In this document: in pieces, positions 23,427 to 34,607 of the stretch
How positions within the stretch are numbered: the stretch's first letter is position 1
Layout of the letters: each line of letters starts with the position of its first letter
NCBI GenBank assembly: GCA_028534125.1
Contig: CM052816.1
Coordinates: forward strand, 82,958,001-83,022,000
Source of the DNA: Lama glama
Lineage: Eukaryota
Length of the DNA stretch: 64,000 nt
Reading direction: 5' to 3'
Program-made: the position numbers and the translations under genes
Notes under the pieces: model-generated
Seen by the model: the letters and a program-made list of their open reading frames with translations, nothing else
What the model was told of the DNA's origin: nothing
Databases searched by the model: none

Positions 23427-23894
23427 CAGTATCCTAAATTATAGTCTCCCAAAATGTCCACATCCTACTATATTACCTTACATGGTAAAAGAGAATTTGC
23501 AAGTATGGTTAAGTTAAGGATCTTGAGATGGGGAGAGTATTCTGGGTTAGCCAGGAGGGTGACGTTAATCACAGAAGTCCTTGTAAGAGGGAGGTGGGAG
23601 ATGCAGGACACAGGAAAAGAGAAGGCAATGTGATGATGGAAACAGAAATTGGAGTGATATTCAGAGAAAATGACCATAAGCCAATGAATAGAGGCCACTA
23701 AAAGCTGACAAAAACAAGGAAATCAGTTTTCCCCTAGATTCCAGAAGAAACCAGCCCTGCTGACACCTTGACTACAGCCCAGTGTCAGTGATTCTAAACT
23801 TCTCATTTCTAGAACTGTAAGAGAATAAATTTGTGCTGTTTTAAGGCACTAGACCTATGGTAATTTGTTACAGTGGCAACAGGAAACTAATACA
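23427..23894 (+). mobile_element. MaLR solo LTR (MLT1C/D-type)
   Basis: TTACCTTACATGGTAAAAGAGAATTTGCA, TTAAGTTAAGGATCTTGAGATGGGGAG, AGAACTGTAAGAGAATAAATTTGTG; ends GGAAACTAATACA. Confidence 0.87.
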
Positions 23895-24211
23895 TATACC
23901 AAGAAATAAGTGGAAAACACAGTGTGATAAATGAGTGCTGTGAGATTTCCTGAGCCCCAGAGGAATATTCCTATAGCAGAAGTTTCAGTCAAAGAGTCGG
24001 TGATTTGGTGAACTTGAGCTCACTGAGTTAGGAAGCAAATAACCTGCATTTGGAGAAAGTCTTCAAACAGGACCTAAAGCAAACGGTACTATTATACTCT
24101 AACAAATGACACGCCCCCAACCCCTGCTCTTGCTCTCTCTCTCTCAGGCTCTCAAGTTCACATTCCTCTCTAGATCCCTCTTTCTCCCATCCACCCTCCT
24201 CTTACCCTCTA

Positions 24212-24222
24212 GCGCGCGTGCG

Positions 24223-24265
<43 letters not shown>

Positions 24266-24266
24266 A
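24212..24266. repeat. (GC)n/(CA)n microsatellite
   Basis: Directly visible alternating purine/pyrimidine tract. Confidence 0.95.
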
Positions 24267-25193
24267 AACTACCGTCTTTATAAATCCTCTCTGTAAGGGG
24301 GCTAAGCACTCAACTCAGGCATTGTGATGCTTTATAGGGATTAATTTATAGAGTGATGCTAACTCTGCCAGCCACTCCTACCAACTGTTTTACCTTTGGA
24401 AGCACGAATATGTGATCCAACTATACATAGAAATATTGAGAATGGGGGTAGAGGTCAAATATTTCTATATATGTGAAAAAAAATCAATGTCATGGGTAAC
24501 ATTGGTTCTTTTGTTGTACTCCAGCCTGCCTCTCCTTGAATATTTTTGTCTGCAGATATTTTGATAGTTGAAAAATGCACAACTTCCTTCCTCTGCCTTC
24601 CTCAGGAAAATATTTTTAAACTCATTTCCTTAGTAGCTAATCAATCATATTTTATATGAATGATCAAAAGCCTTGGGAGTTTTAAGTATATGTATATAAT
24701 GGCTTTAGGCATTAATGAAGCTATCACAGATGTGTGGGATGTCTGCAAAACCTGTAGACTGCAATTCTGTGACCTCTGTTCATTTACAGTGTTCATAATA
24801 TAAATATACTCACAATGTACTCCACTTACATTATGCTTGAGTACAATACTCCCAACAAAAATATCTGCAAAATCAACACATCAAACCCAATGTATTTTTT
24901 AAAATTACAATAAGGCATTTTTTAAGGATGACTAGTGCCTCTAAGGAATAAAATGAAGATTAGGCAAGTGTATGATTAAAATAGAGGCCCAAGAAAGGTT
25001 ACATTCTCAAAGCATTCATTCTTCACAGGGCGCACAACTGCCTAAGAGTAGAACAAATACTTTTTAGAACTGAAAGACTTCCATTTGGAAAGAAATGCTT
25101 AAAATAACAAACTTTTTTTGTTTTACCATCACATTTCCGTAACATATAGAAGAGTTATATTTCTTCATCACATTTCAGTAATAAGTTTCTTTT

Positions 25194-25447
25194 TTGTTTG
25201 TTTGTTTGTTTCTTTTTTTAAACATTTTTTATTGATTTATAATCATTTTACAATGTTGTGTCAAATTCCAGTGTAGAGCACAACTTTTCAGTTATACATG
25301 AACATATACATATTCATTGTCACATTATTTTCTCTGTGAGCTACCATAAGATCTTGTGTATATTTCCCTGTGCTATACAGTATAATCTTGTTTATCTATT
25401 CTACAATTTTGAAATCCCATCTATCCCTTCCCACCCTCCACTCCCTT
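25194..25447 (-). mobile_element. Young, severely 5'-truncated L1 (camelid-type 3' end) with target-site duplication
   Basis: T/(TTTG)n tail then TTATTGATTTATAATCATTTTACAATGTTGTGTCAAATTCCAGTG. The 17-bp TSD AGTAATAAG(T/C)TTCTTTT lies at 25177-25193 and 25448-25464, ending at a TTTT/AA endonuclease site. Confidence 0.92.
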
Positions 25448-25699
25448 AGTAATAAGCTTCTTTTAACAAAAATTATATTTTGTCCCTACAAGATGTATTG
25501 AAATAGAAATGTAGGACATGGAAATATACTGATACTGAAATCTATTGCAAATAAAGGGGAAAAAGGATTGGAAAATAATGGTGTTTTAATGTAATAGTTT
25601 ATTTAGCAAATTAAGTGGATCTTAAACAAATACTAGTATCATTAATATTAGTATGCCTTTTTATTGTTAAATATTGTAGATTTAACTATAACGATTACC

Positions 25700-26700
25700 A
25701 AATACATTGTCTCTTTACTATTCTTATTGCCGTTACTGAAACATGCTTTATCTCTACCTTTCTAAATTTATTAATCATCTGAACACCTTTTTCTTTCTCA
25801 CCAAAACCTATACCACCTGCTGCATACACAGCATTATCCTCTTCTGTATGTAGCTAAAGAGGAACATCATGGTTGGAAGTATATTTTTGTTAAGTTTTTC
25901 TGTATCTTACAAATGTTTCATGTAATGTACATATACATTTGTTATTTTTTGAACTGTTTCATGTGGTTTTCCTCTGGGTTTACCTTTCTTCTAGCTGAAG
26001 TACACTTGTTTATAGTTCTTTCAGTGAGACAGCATGTATTTTGAAGGTTTCCGATTTTGTATATCTACAGGTGTCATTTTGCCACTATTCATGAAAGGTA
26101 AACTTTTTGGTATAAAATGCTGGACTAACCATCATTTTCTTCTATACTAAAAATTATCACTTAATGATCTTCTGACCTTGTTTCTTCAGAAAAGTTAGTA
26201 GTCATTCATTGGTAGCATAGTATATTTTTTAATCTTTATTTCTAGTATTACAAAATTTCATTAGGATTTCTGTAGACAAGAATTGCTTTTCATTTATTCT
26301 GCTCACTAACTTAGAGTTTATTTCAAATATGAAAACTTGTGCTTTTCTTTAATTCTGGAAAATTTTAAGCAATACTGTTTTCAAATGTTGCTGCTGTATT
26401 TCCTCATTATCTTGTTTCTGGAATTCCTATTAGATAACTACCAAGTCCTGTTATCTGTGCTCCTATATTCTTGTTATTCTTTCATACACACACTGCATAC
26501 ACATACATATTTGATGCTGGTATAGAACCCTGGTGGAGTTGCTCAGTATTATCTACTAAGTCATTTATCCTGCCATTAACCAGATCTAATAGATAGCTTA
26601 TCCCAATTATTAATTTTTAATTTAAATTATATAAGTATTTTTAATTTGGGGAATTTTATTACACTCTTTTGCAGAAGACTTAGAATATCTCTGTACTTGA
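25700..26700 (-). mobile_element. Very old L1/HAL1-type ORF1-region remnant
   Basis: T-rich strand with TCTTTAATTCTGGAAAATTTTAAGCAAT and TTTCTGGAATTCCTATTAGA. Confidence 0.55.
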
Positions 26701-26899
26701 ACATGACTGATTTTACTTTGGTTCTAAAACTAATTTTATCATAAATTGTGACTACTTAAAATACCTGGACAATTTTGTTAAAGCCTAAAATGTAATAATG
26801 AGGAGTTGTGATCTTACTGGTTAATGAAATTTGAAAGTGAAAAGAAAAATCGGAACCTGAATGTTTTACAAGGAGCCCTGAATATATTAGCTTCATCCT

Positions 26900-28010
26900 T
26901 TGTTTTGTTTTTTTTTGTTTGTTTGCTTTATAAGTATTAATGTTTTCAGCATTATTGAGGTATAACTGAAAAAATGGAGTTGTAAGATATTTATAAAGTA
27001 TACATGATGATGATTTGATATACATAGACATTGTGAAAGGATTCCTTCTATTTAGTTAATTAACATGTCTATAACCACACACACATATATGCATATTTGG
27101 TGAGAATATTTAAGTTCTACTTTCAGCAAATTTCAATTACACAATAGTCTTCACAACTATAGTCACCATGTTATACATTAGACCTTCAGAACTTATTTTA
27201 TAGCTACAAATTTGTATCTTTTTACCAGCCTCTCCATGTTTCCTCTACCCCTCAGTCCCTGACAGCCACCAGATACTTTTCTAATCTCTTTTTCTGTGAG
27301 TTTGATGCCTTTTTTTTTTTTAGTTTCCTCATATAAGTGGTATCATTCAGTATTTGTCTTTATCTGTTTGGCTTATTCACTTAGCATAATGTCCATGTTG
27401 TCCCAAATGGCAGGATTTCCTTCTTTCTGATGACTGAATAATATTCCAATATACATAAAGTACATCTTCTTTATCCATTCATCTATTGGTGGACATTTAG
27501 GTTATTTCCTTGTCTTGGCTATTGTGAGTAATGCTGTAGTAAACACAGGTGTACATTTATCTCTTCGATATCCTAATTTCATTTCTTTTGGGCATGTACC
27601 TAAAGTGGGGTTACTGGGTTATACAGTAGTTCCCTTTTTAATTTTTTGAGAAACCTCATATTGTTTTCCATAATGGCTGAACCAATTTATGTTCTCACCA
27701 ACAATGTAGGAGGGTTTCCTTCTCTCTACTTTCTTGCCAACGCTTGTTAATCTCTCATCGTTTTGAGATAGCCATTCTGACATGTGTGAGGTGATGTCTC
27801 ATTATGGTTTTGATTTACAATGCCCTTATGATTAGTGATGTTAGACATCTTTTCATTTACCTCTTGGCTATTTGGGTGTCTTTTTTAGTTCCTCAGCCCA
27901 TTTTTAAAATTGTTCTCTTGTTATAGATCTGTATGAGTTCTTTATTTATTTTAGACATTAACCCTTTGTCCAATATATGGTTTACAAATATTTTCTCTCA
28001 TTCTGTAGGT
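26900..28010 (-). mobile_element. L1 3' end (L1MA8/9-like)
   Basis: TTATTGAGGTATAACTGA, AACTATAGTCACCATGTTATACATTAGA, GGCTTATTCACTTAGCATAATG, GCCATTCTGACATGTGTGAGGTGAT, AAATATTTTCTCTCATTCTGTAGGTT. Confidence 0.9.
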
Positions 28011-28184
28011 TCATATCCAGACTGCCTAGCTCTAAAATTTCTGATGTTAACCATTATGTTATCCTATGTTGAATTTTGGTTATTTGTTCTAGTTAGGCTA
28101 TTTTACATTCAGATGTTGTTTGTCAAAGCCTTTGTGTGGACAATAGAAAGAAAACTACATTTAGAGTCAGAATACTTGATATGG

Positions 28185-28372
28185 AGCAGTGGTTCTTGAC
28201 CTTGTTATTAATATAAGAATCACCTTTACAGCTTTAAGTAAGTCATAGTCCCTAGAGATCCTGATTTAATTAGTCTAGGATAGGCCCTGAGCTTTTTCTA
28301 TATTCAGAGCGTTCCGGATGATCTTTTTGTGCTAATGGGTGTGGGGAGTGGTGAAGGAATGAAGAGAACCAC
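28185..28372. mobile_element. MER5-type non-autonomous hAT-Charlie DNA transposon
   Basis: Terminal inverted repeats CAGTGGTTCTTGA ... GAGAACCACAG; internal AGAATCACCT and GATCCTGATTTAATTAGTCTAGG; ~190 bp. Confidence 0.72.
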
Positions 28373-31169
28373 AGGAATAAATGATTGTCTTTCCTAATTA
28401 ACAGACTTTAGATTTTGGGATTACAATCCCGCAAAGCAAGAAATTCCTAATCTGTGAAATGGAAATGATCAAGACCTATCTTATTACCTTACATTATTTT
28501 GGTAGTAAATAAAGGAAATAATGTATTTAAGAACATTTTACCAATCACTACATACTTGCAAATAAGTTATTGTTCTTACATCCTTCTAGATCCCTTTATC
28601 ATAAACTATCATTGTGGCTCCCAATTATGTAATTCTAAAGCAACAAGATACAACATTCAAAACACTGTCAAAAATGATCAATACTGAAATAAGGTGAATT
28701 TAAGCTCTGTTAGGCATTCCTCCGTACATCTTCAGCATAAATATTGCAATAGCCCCTGTTGTGGCTACACTTTTGAAACCTTTTCCTTATGCTTTTTTTA
28801 AAACAGAAAAGATTTGTCTTGCAAGTATGAAAGTTCCACAACTTAAGTATAGTACATGGAAGTAATGGGCAAATAATCATATAAAAAGTGAACTTGGTAG
28901 TTATTCTTAAACTTACTGTGATTATGTAGGGCAAATTCTAAATGTGACTCAGAAAATGTCAATGTAGTAACGATTATCACATATATATACTCCTTTTTGT
29001 CAACGATTGACAAGTAGGGCACAATGGAGATAATTGAAAAGGAATGTTTATCTTTTTAATGAACTTTTCCGTGGTGTTGCTCTTAAGGAGTGGATATGTT
29101 GTTTTATATTGTAATTAATCCGTTTTACTTTTTAGCATTTCCATTTCCTTCTCTAATTTAGCCTTAAGATAATTGATAAACAAATTTTCACTACAGATAA
29201 AATCAATACTATAACCTTTCCTGTTCCTTTGTACATTGAGCAAGTCATCCTTAATTTTTAAGCAAAAATCAAAGACTTTCCACTGAAGTAATGCAAAAAT
29301 TTCAATGATATATCTATTATGTATAGACTTAACAAGAAAAGATTATAAATGCCTTCTGATCGATGTTCAAGTAAGTATAGTGGTCATTGTATCATCTTTC
29401 TAAACTTCAGGTTAGAGGATGTACCACTGTGTTTAGGAAACCACCAATGCAGATGACAAAATTGGTTTTATTTGAATGTAAAATATGTGGATATACAGTT
29501 GTCCATGTCATTGCTTTGACAGCAAAGAGATGTGTCTTGTGCAATTGAAAATTCACATGAGCCACATTTCTTACCAACTCATCTCTACCTATATCTGGTC
29601 CTTGGCATTCTGGCTGGAACTGTTGACTCTCTGTGTTATCACTCTCTCCCAACTGCATTAGCTGCATATTTTGCAGAGCAATCTAAAAGTGTGATAAAAG
29701 TTATTAACAACATACCCTCAGCTTCTATCACTGATTCCTGTGAGTGCTACTTCATGGCAAAGCTTAACTTTTACCATCTCATCCTCAGTTCTTGATGTGT
29801 TGAAAGCTATCCTTTGATTTTATAGCATAACAATTGTCAATACCAAGACAGACTTTTTCCCCCCTATTTTTTGGAAATGTATTTTCTGTTGGCCTGTAGC
29901 CATATGCTCTTCCTGGGATTAACTGAAGAAATTTCCTTAGCAATCTGAAAGCTTATTAAGCTGATTTTATGAAAGTGCTTCCTTCAGTGTTAAGAAGTAT
30001 ATGATACCATTGGTCTATCAGAAATGTGGACTTACGATTTGCTTTTATGAGCAATTCATTGAAGAATGTTTCTGGGTGTTACTGTTGTTTTGTTTTGCTT
30101 ATAAAATGTGCTGATCATAACATTTTAGATAAGTGCATGAATCATGTTTGACTAAATTGCTGAAAAGCAAATGGGAGATGGCAACAAATGCATGAACATT
30201 TTGTGAACAAGATGCTCCCTGTGCTAAGCTATTTCCTATGTAAATTATTCTTCCTTGGCAGTATAATTCTGTTCAGTTTTAAATTATGATTGTACTATAG
30301 AATTTTATAGTTGACAGAGGCCTTTGAAAACCTCATTTTTAACAGTAAGGAACCCAGTAGTGAAGAAAGAGAGTATGCAATTCACGTAAGAAATACTATT
30401 AATTAATAACGAACTAGGAGCTAGTATTCAGGTCTTGTCATAGTCTGTTTAGTTCCCTGCTTTAACTTTACCCATACAGGTAATTTATTTTAGGGACATA
30501 TAGGAACACTATTTCATAATGACTGAAGTTTCATATTTAATTAATTTGTTTGTTACTGTTGCAAAGAACACATACAAAAATAAAACAAAACCAAATAAAC
30601 ACACAGTGTTTTGCTAGCAAATACTAACATTTGGTTCAGGGCAAATGTTTCTTATTTTCTGTTTTCTGTTTCATCTAAAATAAACATTAACTTTGCTATA
30701 TTTTGTGTAAATGGTATGTTTTTAACACATCAATAAAATTTTATTTAATTTATGTGCTGCAACTGTCAACTACATGCAAATCCTGTTAGTGCAGTGATAT
30801 GGAAACCTTTCCCTGAAATCTTGTTAAAAATACCTCTGGGAATTTGTATTCATATCCATTTAAGAGAGTGGATGAACAGAATCTGCCTAACATAATTGAG
30901 GGAAAAATCAATAAGATTCTCTTATCAAATGTCCTCCTTTTTCTTTCTGGTTATTGCTAGTACAGTAAGTATAGAGAGGGAACTATTTCTAGTCTTTAGT
31001 TTGTTCTGTTTATTTTTATACTGGTTATTTTAGTTCTTTTAGAAAGTAAAGATGAATATTCTGTGAATTTTGGATACAGATCCATTACTTTATGTCACTT
31101 GAAGTTGTTAGCCATCTTTTTCCTATACATCAGCCATTTTATAAGTTATCTTAGAGATGAGATGATAAA

Positions 31170-31300
31170 ATTAACCTCTCACTTTATTGGACATTGTAGT
31201 TTAGAGAGAGTAGGTCATTGCTCAAGGCTGTTCAGAGAGCAAGACAAGACTTTAACTTTGGTTCTTGACTCCTAGGTGCACCTTTCCCACTCTACCACAC
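31170..31300 (-). mobile_element. MIR SINE fragment
   Basis: TTTAGAGAGAGTAGGTCATTGCTCAAGG ... CTTGACTCCTAG ... CTTTCCCACTCTACCACA. Confidence 0.5.
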
Positions 31301-31490
31301 CACCTTTGATGACATAAATGTCTTTAATCCATTCACAAATGTTTTATCACATAAATAATGTGATTGCATGAAATTGAAAGCATTTGTTGATTAATAACAG
31401 GCAAATATATGTTTTTTTAATTAGGATACTCCTAAAAACAAATTCTGGTGATAGCAAATTGACTGTGTTCTTATTTACAATTCAACAAAT

Positions 31491-31827
31491 ATTGATTTAG
31501 CTTGTGCTGCTATAATAAAATACCATAAACTTACCAACAACAGAAATTTGTTTCTTACAGTTCTGGGGGCCAGGCATTCCAAGATCAAAGTGCAGGCAGA
31601 TTCTGTGTCTGGTGAGAACTCTCTTCCTGGTTGCAGATAACCATCTTACTGCTGTGTCTTCAGCAGAAAGCATAGCTAGCTCTTTGGCCTCTCATTATAA
31701 TCCCACTCATGAGGGTTCCACCCTCATGATCTAACTATCTTCTAAAGGCCCCCACCTCCAAATACTGTCACATTGGGATTAGAGTTTCAACATATAAATT
31801 TTGAGGGAGACATAATCAGTCCATAAT
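31491..31827 (-). mobile_element. MaLR solo LTR (MLT1A0-type)
   Basis: GCTGCTATAATAAAATACCATAAACT, CAGATTCTGTGTCTGGTGAG, CATGAGGGTTCCACCCTCATGA, TTTCAACATATAAATTTTG. Confidence 0.88.
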
Positions 31828-34482
31828 ATTATGAACAAAGCTGCAGGAGGGACAAGTCCTTTTCTCTCATGTCTTGAAATGGTTTACATAATCGTTTAGA
31901 GGCACAGCCAGCAAATACCTATGTGAGGGATCAGATAAGCTCCTCTGAGAAGCACAGGTGCTCTGGTGCTACAGGCCAGAAAGAAGGCCCAGGTGGCTGA
32001 GCCAAGAAAGCAGGAAAGACGCTCATTTGAACTGAAAAGCTAAATAAATACCACCCATAGATGCAAATAAAGTACACTAAATTAAATTTTTTGAAATATT
32101 TTGAATTTTATTTCACCATATTGATGATACTTAGCCAAATAATGAGTTAAATGATCTATTTGAAATGTAAAGTAATGCAGTTGTAATAGCAATTACTTAA
32201 CCAAACTAAATTCCAATTTTGGGGGTTAAGATAGGGTTTGTAAATCAGTTTTAGAAGCATCTAAAATGTTTGATTCTGTATTTTGTTCTGTGTCAAAATA
32301 ACCACAATTTACTGAAAGCAGAATCAATGTTGTTCAATTTTGGGAGCAGAATACAAAACTATTTTAGGAGAAGAAAATGAATGTATTTAACTAATATTGT
32401 GACTATTTCTTGATTATTGTCTTTTGATTATAGTGCCACTCAAAGATAAAAAACACAATTTTGTTTTTGCAAAGTTATGTCTCCTGGTGTAATTTCTGAC
32501 AGCTTTCCTTACTTACCTAAGTTAGACCCTGTCCTCAAATAAATATATTCCATTTCAAATTACTTAATATTTATAATACCCTTAAGAAAACACTGTCAAA
32601 CACTTGAATCCTTTAAATGGGTACTTCATTTCTGTAGATCAAACTGAAAGTTTCATTTAACTTTAAAATACAGCTTTACATTTGCAATTCAGAATTGGAA
32701 AATCCTAAGTGCATTTCCACTAATAAAAAAACACACACACACACAATTTTAAATGTTGGCTTTTTTATTATTCTGCTGATGAGAAGGAATAAAGTGCAGT
32801 TAAGTGACTGTGAGCTGTGGAGGCATAAAATTTGGTACTATCAACTAATCAGTATGCTCAGTCATCTGGTCTCACTTTATGTCTAAAAATGTAAAGATGT
32901 TTCTGTAGTGTTGCCTTCTCTGTTTATCTGAAGGTTATATTCAATTCTTAGTTTTCTAAAAATCAAGTACACTTCAAAAACTCAGAGGAACATCCCATCT
33001 ATCACCACGGTTTTTATCTTCTACAAAAGCATGTATTTTTTCTAATAAGATATTCATGGGATGTGTTCAATTCACTTATTGAGTTCTAGATTACATCAAA
33101 ATATAGCAGTGGATTTGAGTCTTGCAGATGACTGCATCAGAGAATGAATGATTTGACACCAAATATACTATACTATTCAGTGTCTCATGTTTTAAATAGA
33201 GAGAGGAATGCCATAATCTATAATTTAATTCAATGAGCTTTGAAGTAATGGTACATACTGCTGTTTATGGTTTAAGCAATACAGGCACAGAATTCTTATT
33301 TGACAGGGATTGGGACACCATCCCATTTCTTACTGATTTAAGTTTAACAACAGATGGACCCCTCATAAGAAATGAAAACAGTGAGGGCGATAGAAATGTT
33401 ACCTGAGGAAAGAATGTGTCAAAATGCTCTCAAGGAAATTAAAATTATAAGATGTGAGATTTTGTTTTGTTTTGGTAAATGCTATCTTTGTTAATGTTTT
33501 CACGTCTCTGCTTTATAATGAAAAAAAAAGAATTTCAGTACCTAGGCAACCTGTTAAGTCTCGTAAAGGTTTCGGTGTTTAGAACTCCCTGGTTATACTA
33601 TGCACATAATGAATTGTCCCCCTTGATGTGATAAATTATGTATTAGAATAATGGATAGATCAATCAGTGGAGCTGTGTAAGTGAAACACACAGCTTTTGG
33701 CAAAGCAGGGTTTGCATGTTTACATTTATCACCCAAATGCCTTGACTTTGATGTAGACCTTTGAGATGCATTTATTAATCATGATTTCATTAAAAATTTT
33801 GGCAAACTAATGACTTTTATTTGTCAGAATATATTGCTGATGATATACTGCTGGTGTCCAAAAACACTCATCTTCTTTTTGCTACTTAACCTTCTTTGTG
33901 ATTGTTAAACAGTAACTTGCATGAGACATCATATTTTAGATTATTGGAAGGGTCTTGGTGTCAGAACTAAGCAGATTTTTTTTTTTTTGCTAATAGTGGA
34001 GTGGTGTGGCTTTTTCAAGTACGATTCCAGCTGGAGTTCACTTACCACACCTCACCTATTGAAGAAGGAAGGGCTCTACTCTAGGGGAAAATGAATACAT
34101 TTGCTGTTAATATGCATGAAATGATTAGTGGTGCAAATTATTAGTATTTTAATGTATTTCAGTAATTATGAAGAATGAGTTTGAGTAAACTACTCAAAAT
34201 AACCAAGTGTATTTTCCTTTATGAACTCTTTTTATTCTATACATAAAACCATCTATTGTGATATAAACTCTCAGTAAATTACTCTATGGGGAAAGAAAAT
34301 TGAACTTTTCAGTAATCTCAAGGAATTTGCAATCTACTTGGCTAGACAAAGATTGTTATTATGGAAAGTGATAGACTAGTAAAATGTACTATATATTAAT
34401 GAAATAATGATAAACAATGCAACAATATGGGAAAATAAATAATACAAAACAGTACTGTTGCTTTAATAAGGGAGAGATGTGA

Positions 34483-34607
34483 GGGAGGGTATAGCTCAGT
34501 CGTAGAGTGCATGCTTAGCATGCAGGAGGCCCTGGGTTCAATCCCCAGTACCTCCATTAAAAAATAAATAAATAAATATAATTACCTCTCCTCCCAAAAA
34601 ATAAAAA
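34483..34607 (+). mobile_element. tRNA-Ala(AGC)-derived SINE (Vic-1 type, Camelidae)
   Basis: tRNA-like head GGAGGGTATAGCTCAGTCGTAGAGTGCATGCTTAGCATGCAGGAGGCCCTGGGTTCAATCCCCAGTACCTCCA with A box, B box (GGTTCAATCC) and AGC at 34517-34519. It is followed by (TAAA)n, a short TAATTACCTC..CCC segment and an A tail instead of a T-run terminator. Confidence 0.9.

Noticed and set aside
34484..34556. Functional tRNA-Ala gene
   Set aside because: Altered A box, imperfect acceptor stem, no T-run terminator and a SINE-type A-rich tail
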